Assembly: GCA_965214095.1 (NCBI GenBank)
Contig: OZ243938.1
Span: 3,424,001-3,488,000, forward strand
Length of the DNA: 64,000 nucleotides
Direction of reading: 5' to 3'
From: Candidatus Poribacteria bacterium
Lineage (GTDB): Bacteria; Poribacteria; WGA-4E; WGA-3G
Of this stretch, positions 19,852 to 29,159 are shown piece by piece. Under the pieces are notes generated by a model, which worked only from the letters and a program-made list of their open reading frames with translations, ran no database searches and was not told where the DNA came from. The translations under genes were made by a program, and so were the position numbers. Each line of letters begins with the position of its first letter. The stretch's first letter is position 1.

Positions 19852-21093
19852 ATGCCAGAAATATTTTCAGAGAGTTTCTTTCCAAAAATAAACTTGCAAG
19901 AAAGTTCCAATTGGGCAACGGATTTCGTGCAGGAAGCGATTATACCACTATTGCCAGAAGCACTTAGGGGCGATTTCCCAGTAGAATTAGGAACAATTCT
20001 CGTGATGTTTGCCTTGGCAGGTATTTTCGTTGCTCTAGTTCCCTTGCTTCCATTAGTATTAGTGCTTGCAGAACGGAAAGTTGCCGCACGTTTTCAGAAT
20101 AGAACTGGTCCCATGCGTGTTGGTCCTTGGGGGACCTTACAAACACTGGCAGATGGCGTGAAACTGATCTTCAAAGAGGATTATATTCCACCACAAGGAG
20201 ACAAAATCCTTTTCATGCTTGCACCCTATGTCATTTTTGCTTGTTCTTTCGCTGTTTTCGCGGCTATCCCTTTTGGACAAAGTATCTTAGTGAGCGATTT
20301 TAATATCGGTATCTTCTATATCATGGCAATTTCTTCAGTAATTGTCATGGGTGTAATTATGGCGGGATGGTCATCAAATAGTAAATGGTCCCTGTTAGGT
20401 TCACTTCGCTCTGCTGCACAGATTGTCAGTTATGAAATCCCCCTCGGTCTCTCTATATTGACTATTGTAATGCTCGTAGGAAGTTTGAGCATGAGAGATA
20501 TAGTGGCAAGTCAGGATGGTGGTATTTTTACTTGGCTGATATTTCGGTCTCCTTTTACTTTTCTTGCATTCTTTATCTTCTTTATATCTGCTATTGCTGA
20601 GGTTAACCGAACACCATTTGATCTCCCTGAAGCAGAATCCGAGATTGTTGCGGGTTTCCATACCGAATATAGCGGCATGCGGTTTGCACTTTTCTTCATT
20701 GCCGAATACGCAAATATGTTCGCTGTGAGTGCAATCGCTGTGACGCTCTTCCTCGGTGGGTATGAAGGTGTTTTACCGGGGTACGATTTTCTCGGTGGAT
20801 TACCAGGATTTGTTCTAAAAACATTGAGTCTTGTCTTCCTAATGATGTGGTTGAGATGGACACTACCACGGCTACGCGTTGATCAACTCATGAATCTGTG
20901 CTGGAAATACTTTATACCGATTTCATTCTTTAATATATTTGGCACAGGAATATGGGGGCTGATTTTTGAAACAGATGATGTATGGAGTATCGGCATCAGT
21001 TGTGCTATCATCTATGTTGGTCTAATCAGTGCTTATGCGATTGCTGGAAGGAATCTTGCGCGAAAGCCTGAACCACAACCGAGTTCTGCTTAA
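19852..21093 (+). CDS. nuoH: NADH-quinone oxidoreductase subunit H
   Basis: ERKV.A..QNR.GP, ADGVKLIFKE, SAAQIVSYE, RTPFDLPEAESE, PRLRVDQLM. Confidence 0.96.
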   Translation: MPEIFSESFFPKINLQESSNWATDFVQEAIIPLLPEALRGDFPVELGTILVMFALAGIFVALVPLLPLVLVLAERKVAARFQNRTGPMRVGPWGTLQTLADGVKLIFKEDYIPPQGDKILFMLAPYVIFACSFAVFAAIPFGQSILVSDFNIGIFYIMAISSVIVMGVIMAGWSSNSKWSLLGSLRSAAQIVSYEIPLGLSILTIVMLVGSLSMRDIVASQDGGIFTWLIFRSPFTFLAFFIFFISAIAEVNRTPFDLPEAESEIVAGFHTEYSGMRFALFFIAEYANMFAVSAIAVTLFLGGYEGVLPGYDFLGGLPGFVLKTLSLVFLMMWLRWTLPRLRVDQLMNLCWKYFIPISFFNIFGTGIWGLIFETDDVWSIGISCAIIYVGLISAYAIAGRNLARKPEPQPSSA

Positions 21094-21104
21094 TTGGGGG
21101 AATT

Positions 21105-21392
21105 ATGAACACGATGACAGACATTTTGGTGAGAGCGAAACATAAGATTATTTATCACTTAGGCCATATAGGATTATCAATGCTAATTATTGGATGGATA
21201 ATCCTGGAATATGGTAATTTGATAGGGTGGACACTGAGTTCACGGGGTTTAATCGGAGCTGTGTTGATCTGTATCGGCTGCTACTGCTGGACATGGGCAA
21301 CAAAGAATAACAAGTTACTTTTGTTTTTTAGCGGTTTTGTTAGTGCCCTCCTATTAATCCTTGTGCTTACTAAATTGAAAGGTTTCTGGTAA
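21105..21392 (+). CDS. Small three-TM hypothetical membrane protein inside the nuo operon
   Basis: 95 aa, three hydrophobic stretches, GGGGA RBS; lies between nuoH and nuoI. Confidence 0.65.
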   Translation: MNTMTDILVRAKHKIIYHLGHIGLSMLIIGWIILEYGNLIGWTLSSRGLIGAVLICIGCYCWTWATKNNKLLLFFSGFVSALLLILVLTKLKGFW

Positions 21393-21438
21393 ACCGACTT
21401 GAGTGTGAAAACTATAGACCTACAAAGGAACATTCGTT

Positions 21439-22158
21439 ATGGACAAATACATACGCAACATATACAAGGGTGTTTACACCGTTCTCGTAGGCATGCGGAT
21501 TACGATTCGGCAGTTCTTTGAACCGAATGTGACGCACCAATACCCTTACGAACACGATTTTGAAAAGAAGCAGAATGTTCGAGAAATTCCAAAAGGATAT
21601 CGCGGTCAACTCTATAATCGGATTGAGGATTGCATCGGGTGCAAGAAGTGTGAGATGATCTGTCCTGTGGATTGTATTACAATTGAAGGCACAAAACTCC
21701 CAAAAGGCGAACAACTGTGGGATAGCATGAACGTTGTGCATCTCAAAGATGGTCGTGAAATCATCGGTCTCATTGAAGGCAGCGACAAGAAGTTAAATCT
21801 TGATGAACCAATCACGCTTACGAATATCAGCTCTCGCCAAGGGGCGCAGGAAGTCGTTGACCGCTTAGAAGAATCGGGAGATGAAAACCGAACCCAAACA
21901 ATTTCTGGCGAAGAGGTCTCTCGTGTTGTAACACGAAACCCCGTGGTTTTCTATCTGGATCAGTTTGATATTGACATGTCCCTTTGTATGTATTGTGGAC
22001 TTTGCACAGAGGTTTGTCCGACTGAGTGTCTTACTATGAAGGATACACTTGAGGGGATTGAATACTCAAGTTTTGACCGCAACGACTTAATATTTGAATT
22101 TGATAAACAAGAGATGTATGATAAAGATGACAACGAGGTTGTTGAAGCTGCTGATTAG
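21439..22158 (+). CDS. nuoI: NADH-quinone oxidoreductase subunit I with large internal insertion
   Basis: T.QYP, CIGCKKCEMICP and CMYCGLCTEVCP; 106 aa lie between the two motifs. Confidence 0.92.
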   Translation: MDKYIRNIYKGVYTVLVGMRITIRQFFEPNVTHQYPYEHDFEKKQNVREIPKGYRGQLYNRIEDCIGCKKCEMICPVDCITIEGTKLPKGEQLWDSMNVVHLKDGREIIGLIEGSDKKLNLDEPITLTNISSRQGAQEVVDRLEESGDENRTQTISGEEVSRVVTRNPVVFYLDQFDIDMSLCMYCGLCTEVCPTECLTMKDTLEGIEYSSFDRNDLIFEFDKQEMYDKDDNEVVEAAD

Positions 22159-22182
22159 AAATTTTGTAGGATAGTTGTATAG

Positions 22183-22701
22183 ATGGAATTTACACTCAAG
22201 ATGTTTGTTTTTTACGGTTTTGCACTGCTAACAATTGGTTCAGCACTGGCGGTGGTAACCCTTCGTAACATTGTTCACACGGCGTTTGCACTAATGGTCA
22301 CACTGTTCGGTGTCGCAGGATTATATGTCTTTTTACAAGCAGATTTCCTTGCAGCAACACAAGTAATTGTCTATGTCGGTGGGATTCTGGTACTTATCCT
22401 CTTCGGTGTTATGATGACAAGTGGACGGTTAGAGATGCGTATCCATATTGAACGCGGGCAACTGTTATTAGGTGCTGGAATTTCTATTGCGCTGTTGATG
22501 CTCCTCTTGACTGTCATTGCGAATATGCCTATTTGGAAAAATCTTACAGATGATGGAGCACCACTTGAACCGACAACTAAACAGATCGGTGAGATGATTT
22601 TGCAAGATAAGTTTTTACTCCCATTTGAGGTAGTTTCCGTTCTATTGTTGGTAGCGTTAATTGGTGCTGCCCTTATTTCACGTAAGGAGGTACGGGATTA
22701 A
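22183..22701 (+). CDS. nuoJ: NADH-quinone oxidoreductase subunit J
   Basis: ADFLAATQVIVYVGGILVLILFGVMM, FLLPFEVVS.LLLVALIGA. Confidence 0.95.
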   Translation: MEFTLKMFVFYGFALLTIGSALAVVTLRNIVHTAFALMVTLFGVAGLYVFLQADFLAATQVIVYVGGILVLILFGVMMTSGRLEMRIHIERGQLLLGAGISIALLMLLLTVIANMPIWKNLTDDGAPLEPTTKQIGEMILQDKFLLPFEVVSVLLLVALIGAALISRKEVRD

Positions 22702-22725
22702 CCCCGTAGTGCCTTAAGGACAATA

Positions 22726-23058
22726 ATGAGTCTACAACACTATTTGGTAATCAGTTCAATTCTATTCACACTCGGTATTTTCGCAGTGCTAACTCGGAAG
22801 AATGCAATCAGTATTCTAATGGGTATTGAACTAATTCTTAACTCCTGTAATCTGAATTTCGTAGCGTTTTCTCGGTTTGTTGAACCTGCTGAAAACATAG
22901 TTGGTAGGAGTGCCTATCTCCTTGATGGTCAGATAATCGCTATCTTTGGTATTGTGCTTGCTGCCGCAGAAGCAGCTGTTTTTCTCGCTATTATTCTCGC
23001 AATCTACCGTGAATTCGGTAGCATACGTCCAGACGAAGTGGATACGTTAAAAGGTTAA
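22726..23058 (+). CDS. nuoK: NADH-quinone oxidoreductase subunit K
   Basis: RKNAI.ILMGIELILN, AAAEAAV.LAI. Confidence 0.95.
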   Translation: MSLQHYLVISSILFTLGIFAVLTRKNAISILMGIELILNSCNLNFVAFSRFVEPAENIVGRSAYLLDGQIIAIFGIVLAAAEAAVFLAIILAIYREFGSIRPDEVDTLKG

Positions 23059-23071
23059 AAGTAAAGTAAAT

Positions 23072-25258
23072 ATGGTTGTTCCCTTAATAAGTATCATCTT
23101 ACTTGCTCCGCTTGCTGCCTTTGCAATTTTTGCTCTATTCGGTTTAGCAAAACGGAGTTTCCCACGACAAGATATTTTGTCAACCGCTGCGATGCTTGTC
23201 GCGCTCGGTTGTTCTCTTTATCTCTTGAGTGAGACATCCGATCCGAAACCGCTTACTGTTGAGTGGCTTTCACTGGGTAGTATTACCTTGTCCATGGGGT
23301 TTTATCTTGACAGCGTTACGGTGATAATGTTGATTGTCGTCACGTTGGTGAGTAGTCTCGTCCATATCTTCTCTATAGGCTACATGCACGGTGATCCACG
23401 GTATCCAAGGTTTTTTGCATTTCTATCGCTTTTCTCATTTTCCATGCTGTTTTTGGTGGTATCGGATAACCTACTCGGTATCTATATCGGTTGGGAACTT
23501 GTCGGTCTCTGCTCATATCTGCTTATCGGTTTCTGGTTTGAAAAGGACTCCGCTGCGAATGCATGTAAGAAAGCGTTTCTAACAACCCGTGTCGGTGATG
23601 TCGGAATGTTCATCGGCATGATGATGTTGTTCAAAGAATTTGGCACTCTTTCCCTATATGGAACTGATGGCATTTTTGAAGCAGTGAGAACATTAGAAGC
23701 AGGACAAATAGCATGGCTTTCGGTAGCTGGTGTTCTTATCTTCTGTGGTGCTGTAGGTAAATCTGCACAAGTGCCGTTGCACACATGGCTACCCGATGCA
23801 ATGGAAGGACCTACACCTGTCAGTGCATTAATCCACGCTGCTACAATGGTTGCCGCTGGTGTCTATCTCGTGGCACGGATGTTCCCTATTTTGACACCGA
23901 GCTCATCTCTGGTAATCGCTTATGTGGGTGGTATTACTGCAATCGTTGCAGCAACAATAGCGATTGTTCGATTTGACATCAAGCGCGTTTTGGCATACTC
24001 TACCGTGAGTCAATTAGGATTTATGATGTTAGCACTTGGTGCTGGTAGTTATGTTGCAGGACTATTCCACCTGACCACGCATGCATTTTTCAAAGCGTTG
24101 CTGTTCCTCGGTTCTGGAAGCGTCATCCACGCCTTCCACGCAATGCACGCACATCATGACGAAGAGCATGCAGATGATAACGAACATGAACACGATGATC
24201 ACGGTTTAGTTCACGAACACGGTTCTGAAATCCCACCTGACCAAGATATGCGAAACATGGGTGGACTCCGCCGAAAGATGCCGCTGACATTTGGCACAAT
24301 GCTCATCGCAACGTTGTCTATCTCTGGAGTGCCTTTTGTTTTTTCAGGTTTTTGGAGTAAAGACAAGATTTTAGCAGGTGTGCTTGGACGGGCGATGGAA
24401 TGGAATTCTATACATCACTACATCCTGTTTGGTGTGGCTCTACTTGCAGCAGGAATTACAGCGTTCTATATGTTCCGTCTAATATTCATGACCTTTTTCG
24501 GTGAACCACGCAATCAGGAAATGCACGCTATGGCACACGAATCTCCATGGGTGATGGTGGTACCGCTAATGATATTGGCAGCCTTGAGTTTCCCTGTCGT
24601 CAACCACCTCTGGTTTAACAAAGACAATTTTAAACCACCTGTCCAACACCATATACATGCACCGCAACATGCCTACATTTCACCTGATACAAAAACAGGA
24701 GATGTGAATTTTGGACTTTCAATCTTTGGCATTTCCGAAGCACATGCAGCTGACGACGAAGGTGTCCATGCTGATGATGCACATCATGTACACGAGGTCG
24801 CACATAATATTGCAATGGCCTTGTCTATCATCGTTGCAGGTTTAGGAATACTGCTTTCTTGGCTATTCTATCATAAACGAAGGTTCTCTGCGGAATCTGT
24901 CGCTACTACTTTCCGACCAGTCTATACCTTATTTTGGAACAAATACTACTTTGACGAATTCTATAACGGTGTGTTAGTCGCACTTACGGTATGGAAATCA
25001 CGACTTTTCGCCAAATTTGACCTTTCTATCATTGATGGCATCGTCAACGGTGTTGCTACGATAACACGTGCAATCTTTGCCGCATCTATAGGCTTTTTTG
25101 ATAACCGTGTCATTGATGGTATTGTCAACCGTGTGGCAAAAATAATATGGTCTGTCGGTGGCAGAGTCCGAAGAATTCAAACAGGAGCAATACAAACCTA
25201 TCTCTTTGTCGTTCTTGGTGGGATAGTTTTGATTATTTTGATATTCCGGGTATTGTAA
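23072..25258 (+). CDS. nuoL: NADH-quinone oxidoreductase subunit L with His-rich loops
   Basis: GWELVGLCSYLLIGFW, GKSAQ.PLHTWLPDAMEGPTPVSALIHAATMV, THAFFKALLFL. Confidence 0.96.
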   Translation: MVVPLISIILLAPLAAFAIFALFGLAKRSFPRQDILSTAAMLVALGCSLYLLSETSDPKPLTVEWLSLGSITLSMGFYLDSVTVIMLIVVTLVSSLVHIFSIGYMHGDPRYPRFFAFLSLFSFSMLFLVVSDNLLGIYIGWELVGLCSYLLIGFWFEKDSAANACKKAFLTTRVGDVGMFIGMMMLFKEFGTLSLYGTDGIFEAVRTLEAGQIAWLSVAGVLIFCGAVGKSAQVPLHTWLPDAMEGPTPVSALIHAATMVAAGVYLVARMFPILTPSSSLVIAYVGGITAIVAATIAIVRFDIKRVLAYSTVSQLGFMMLALGAGSYVAGLFHLTTHAFFKALLFLGSGSVIHAFHAMHAHHDEEHADDNEHEHDDHGLVHEHGSEIPPDQDMRNMGGLRRKMPLTFGTMLIATLSISGVPFVFSGFWSKDKILAGVLGRAMEWNSIHHYILFGVALLAAGITAFYMFRLIFMTFFGEPRNQEMHAMAHESPWVMVVPLMILAALSFPVVNHLWFNKDNFKPPVQHHIHAPQHAYISPDTKTGDVNFGLSIFGISEAHAADDEGVHADDAHHVHEVAHNIAMALSIIVAGLGILLSWLFYHKRRFSAESVATTFRPVYTLFWNKYYFDEFYNGVLVALTVWKSRLFAKFDLSIIDGIVNGVATITRAIFAASIGFFDNRVIDGIVNRVAKIIWSVGGRVRRIQTGAIQTYLFVVLGGIVLIILIFRVL

Positions 25259-25276
25259 TAAACTACCCGTGATGGG

Positions 25277-26833
25277 ATGAGGAGGATCCCTACGAGAATG
25301 GATCAGATATTGTTATCTCTAATGATTTTTGTCCCGTTGCTTGGGATGGTTGTTGTTTTTCTTTTACCTAATGATAGGGAAGAATTAATAAAACGCGTTG
25401 CACTTGCTTTTACACTTATACCACTGATACTTGCTGTCTATCTGTTTATTACCTACAACAAATTAAGTGCAGATACACAGTACTTTGTTAGCGTACCTTG
25501 GATTGATACTTTTCATATTAATTATCACGTTGGTATTGACGGTTTAAGTGTTACACTTCTGCTCCTCACTGCCCTTTTAGGACCAATCTGTGTCCTTGCC
25601 TCTTGGCGCAATATTGAAAAAGGTCTTAAGGCATACATGGCACTGTTCTTGTTGCTTGAGACCGGTATGTTAGGTTTCTTTGCTTCGTTAGACTTGTTCC
25701 TTTTCTTTGTTTTCTTTGAACTGACACTCCTCCCGATGTATTTCCTGATTGGTGTGTGGGGTGGACCGCGCCGAGAATACGCTGCTATTAAATTCTTCCT
25801 CTATACATTATTCGGCAGTGTGCTGATGCTGGTCGCAATCATTGCAGTCTATCTCAATAGCAATCTCGTCAATGGTGTCGTAGAAGGTGTGCGGACATTT
25901 GATATTCCAGAACTGATTCGGAGGGCGACCACCGTTGAAGGACATGCCCTTGGTGATTCCACGTTCCAAAAGTGGGTATTTCTCGGTTTCTTTATCGGTT
26001 TTGCAGTTAAAGTGCCGATCTTCCCATTCCATACATGGCTTCCCGATGCACACGTTGAAGCACCTACAGCGATTAGCGTTATACTTGCAGGTGTCTTACT
26101 GAAAATGGGAACTTATGGATTTGTGCGCATTAACATGGCGATGTTCCCTGAAGGTTTAGACTATTTCACAAATGGTGTAGGTTTTATGGGGCATAGTCTG
26201 GCACTACTCGGATTCATTAATATTGTATACGGATCCTTCTGTGCATTAGCACAAACCGACTTCAAAAAGTTAGTCGCATATTCCAGTATCGGACACATGG
26301 GATTTGTTATTTTAGGACTTGCAGCAAGAAACGCCGAAGGCATTAACGGAGCTGTTCTACAGATGTTTAATCACGGTGTCATCAGTGCAATGCTATTCCT
26401 ACTTGTCGGTGTTCTCTATGACCGAGCACATCATCGTGAGATAAACGGCTTTGGTGGTTTAGGAAACAGAATGCCTATTTATACAGGTATTACAACGCTT
26501 GCGTTTATGGCATCATTGGGATTACCCGGTTTGAGTGGATTTATCGGAGAAGCTCTATCATTATTCGGTGCATTCCAAGAATTCCCATTGCTAACTATCC
26601 TCTCTACGATAGGCATTGTCGTTGGTGCAGCATACTTCCTCTGGACACTCCAAAGAGTTTTCTTAGGTGCACTCAATCCTAAGTATGAAGAACTCCCAGA
26701 AATCAATCGTCGGGAAATCTTAACATTAGTGCCACTCGGAATACTGACCATTGTCCTCGGTATTTGGCCCAACATCGCAATTGATATGTTCAGCGAATCT
26801 GTGACCAATCTCGTAAACATAATTACGATATAG
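25277..26833 (+). CDS. nuoM: NADH-quinone oxidoreductase subunit M
   Basis: GIDGLS, PMYFLIG.WG, HTWLPDAHVEAPT, LLKMGTYG, AYSSIGHMG; true start may be ATG 25298. Confidence 0.96.
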   Translation: MRRIPTRMDQILLSLMIFVPLLGMVVVFLLPNDREELIKRVALAFTLIPLILAVYLFITYNKLSADTQYFVSVPWIDTFHINYHVGIDGLSVTLLLLTALLGPICVLASWRNIEKGLKAYMALFLLLETGMLGFFASLDLFLFFVFFELTLLPMYFLIGVWGGPRREYAAIKFFLYTLFGSVLMLVAIIAVYLNSNLVNGVVEGVRTFDIPELIRRATTVEGHALGDSTFQKWVFLGFFIGFAVKVPIFPFHTWLPDAHVEAPTAISVILAGVLLKMGTYGFVRINMAMFPEGLDYFTNGVGFMGHSLALLGFINIVYGSFCALAQTDFKKLVAYSSIGHMGFVILGLAARNAEGINGAVLQMFNHGVISAMLFLLVGVLYDRAHHREINGFGGLGNRMPIYTGITTLAFMASLGLPGLSGFIGEALSLFGAFQEFPLLTILSTIGIVVGAAYFLWTLQRVFLGALNPKYEELPEINRREILTLVPLGILTIVLGIWPNIAIDMFSESVTNLVNIITI

Positions 26834-26842
26834 GAGAACTGT

Positions 26843-28318
26843 GTGAAACCTTTAGAGAATATAGAGAGTCTTGCCTATATCAGTCCAGAGATTGTCCTTG
26901 TAGTGTTCGCTGCAGTAGTGATTATCTTTGATCTCTTTGTCAAAGATCGTGAAAGTGATTGGGTCGCATATCTATCACTCATTGGACTTGGATGTTCACT
27001 AATTGCAATCTTCATCACAAATTCGCTTGTTAACACAAATGAGCCAATATCCCTATTCTTAGGGATGATACGGTTGGATGGATTCGCGATATTTTTCAAA
27101 ATCCTGCTGTTACTGGCGACAGCTGCAACTATCCTTTTCTCCCTCCGTTCTGAAGAACTTGATGTCAGATTAAAAGGCGAATACCACGCCTTGTTGTTAG
27201 CCATTACATTTGGCATGTTTCTGATGGCATCTTCAACGAATCTTCTGATGATTTTCATCTCATTGGAGACGGTAAGTCTTACATCGTATATTCTTGCGGG
27301 ATTTTTGACCCACAGTCCCCGTTCAAGTGAAGCAGCGTTCAAATATATCACTTATGGCGCAGTAGCATCCGGAACGATGTTATTCGGGTTATCACTCTTA
27401 TTTGGTATGGCAGGAACAGGAGACATTACACAGATTAGTTCACAGATTGCAACTGTGCTGGAATCTGGAGATGTGTCTGCTCTCGGTGTGCTTATTTCTA
27501 TCACTTTCATTCTGGCGGGTATAGGTTATAAAATCGCTTCCGTTCCATTCCACATGTGGTCACCCGATGTCTACGAAGGTGCACCTATACCAATAACTGC
27601 ATTCTTATCAGTTGCATCAAAAGCCGCAGGTTTCGCGCTGTTTCTCAGATTTTTCTACACAGGATTTAACACTCCTGAAATCATACAATCGATTGACTGG
27701 GCTCTGTTATTAGCAATTGTTTCAGCACTCACGATGACTGTAGGAAACCTCGCTGCTCTTCCACAACAGAACGTCAAACGTTTATTAGCATATTCAAGCA
27801 TCGCTCACGGTGGGTATCTATTGATGGGTGCAGTATTGTTGACATCTGAAGGACTTGGTGCCATTATCTTCTACCTCATTGTATATCTCTTCATGAACTT
27901 AGGTGCATTTTATGTTGTCGTCCTTATAGCGAATGAATCTGGTAGTGAGATGATTGAAGGTTTTCGTGGACTTTCCTCACGTGCGCCTTATGTTGCAGGC
28001 GCAATGGCAATCTTCCTATTTTCACTCACTGGTATTCCACCCTTCGCGGGTTTCTTTGGGAAATGGCTCTTATTCAACGCTGTTATCAGTAAAGGCTTGT
28101 ATTGGTTAGCGTTCATAGGATTGTTAAATAGTGTCGTATCTCTTTATTACTATGCCCGCATCATAAAAGCGATGTATCTTGAATCTGCTGAAGATACAGA
28201 TATTTTCTCCTTTTCTAAGAGCACCTTTGCACTCTTAGGTGTTTTTGTTATTCCCACAATTCTCATCGGATTTTTAAATATCTTTTATTCCCTCTCTGAA
28301 AAGATAACCCTACAGTAA
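26843..28318 (+). CDS. nuoN: NADH-quinone oxidoreductase subunit N
   Basis: SSEAAFKY, PFHMWSPDVYEGAP, KRLLAYSSIAH, GIPPFAGFFGK. Confidence 0.96.
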   Translation: MKPLENIESLAYISPEIVLVVFAAVVIIFDLFVKDRESDWVAYLSLIGLGCSLIAIFITNSLVNTNEPISLFLGMIRLDGFAIFFKILLLLATAATILFSLRSEELDVRLKGEYHALLLAITFGMFLMASSTNLLMIFISLETVSLTSYILAGFLTHSPRSSEAAFKYITYGAVASGTMLFGLSLLFGMAGTGDITQISSQIATVLESGDVSALGVLISITFILAGIGYKIASVPFHMWSPDVYEGAPIPITAFLSVASKAAGFALFLRFFYTGFNTPEIIQSIDWALLLAIVSALTMTVGNLAALPQQNVKRLLAYSSIAHGGYLLMGAVLLTSEGLGAIIFYLIVYLFMNLGAFYVVVLIANESGSEMIEGFRGLSSRAPYVAGAMAIFLFSLTGIPPFAGFFGKWLLFNAVISKGLYWLAFIGLLNSVVSLYYYARIIKAMYLESAEDTDIFSFSKSTFALLGVFVIPTILIGFLNIFYSLSEKITLQ

Positions 28319-28339
28319 ATATGACTATCCGCAAATAGA

Positions 28340-28369
28340 TTGACAGGGCAGCATGCTTTAAGGTATACT
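28340..28369 (+). promoter_or_regulatory. sigma70-type promoter for tRNA-Gln
   Basis: TTGACA-18 bp-TATACT, 15 bp upstream of the tRNA. Confidence 0.7.
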
Positions 28370-28384
28370 TAAACTGAAAGTCAA

Positions 28385-28456
28385 TGCCCGGTCGTCTAAT
28401 CGGCAGGACGCATGGCTCTGGACCATGTAGTGAAGGTTCGAGTCCTTCCCGGGCAG
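28385..28456 (+). tRNA. tRNA-Gln (CTG)
   Basis: Acceptor TGCCCGG/CCGGGCA; D arm GTC..GAC; anticodon arm CATGG-CT CTG GA-CCATG; T arm GAAGG-TTCGAGT-CCTTC; CCA not encoded. Confidence 0.95.
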
Positions 28457-28507
28457 TCATTTATCACTGTTTCTGTCGTGTCGTCTTACAAATAAAGAGG
28501 AGATGAA

Positions 28508-28942
28508 ATGGAACGGGTTGACACTTCACCTGAAGATTATATCGCAAGCCAAGAACCTGAAATTCAGTCAGTCTTAGACAAACTTCACACACTCATTAGA
28601 ACTGCATTACCGGATCAGGACATGTGTATGTGGGAAGGGGTTTTCTGGGGTGGTAGTGAACAACGGATTATCGGATACGGCAACTTTTCCTATGTTCGTT
28701 CAGATAAGAAGAAAGTTGAGTGGTTCTTGATTGGATTGACAAAACAGAAGAATTACTTTAGTATCTATGTGAATGCGGTTGAAGGGAAGCAATACTTGGC
28801 AGAAATCTATAACTCTAGACTCGGCAAAGTCAAAACAGGTAAAAGCAGCATTAGTTTTCGTAACCTTGATGACATAAATCTTGATGTGTTACGTGAAATG
28901 ATTGAGCATGCTGATAGACTAACAACTGAAAACGACTCGTAA
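28508..28942 (+). CDS. DUF1801 (YdhG-like) protein
   Basis: EDYIAS...LHTLIR..LP, IIGYG...Y, QKNYFSIYV, LGKVKTGKSSISF. Confidence 0.8.
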   Translation: MERVDTSPEDYIASQEPEIQSVLDKLHTLIRTALPDQDMCMWEGVFWGGSEQRIIGYGNFSYVRSDKKKVEWFLIGLTKQKNYFSIYVNAVEGKQYLAEIYNSRLGKVKTGKSSISFRNLDDINLDVLREMIEHADRLTTENDS

Positions 28943-28997
28943 ATTACACAAAGTACAACTTTTATAGGAATTCCATCCGAATAAAAATAACTTTTGT

Positions 28998-29065
28998 GCC
29001 GCTATCATCGGTTAGGACAGATGGTTCTCAGCCATCAAACCGGGGTTCGATTCCCCGTAGCGGTA
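28998..29065 (+). tRNA. tRNA-Glu (CTC) with defective D arm (68 nt; pseudo-tRNA or sequence error)
   Basis: Acceptor GCCGCTA/TAGCGGT; anticodon arm GATGG-TT CTC AG-CCATC; T arm CGGGG-TTCGATT-CCCCG; the 5' strand of the D stem appears missing. Confidence 0.85.
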
Positions 29066-29078
29066 TTACTTTTCATTT

Positions 29079-29109
29079 ATGGACGGGACCAATACCCGTC
29101 CATTGTCTT
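29079..29109 (+). terminator. Possible intrinsic terminator after tRNA-Glu
   Basis: ATGGACGGG-ACCAATA-CCCGTCCAT hairpin with a weak T tail. Confidence 0.45.
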
Positions 29110-29159
29110 AAGGCGTGAAACCATTTAACACTGACTGCCATACACTGGAGAATGCATAC

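Noticed and set aside
28263-28460. 65-aa minus-strand ORF
   Set aside because: It is the antisense of tRNA-Gln
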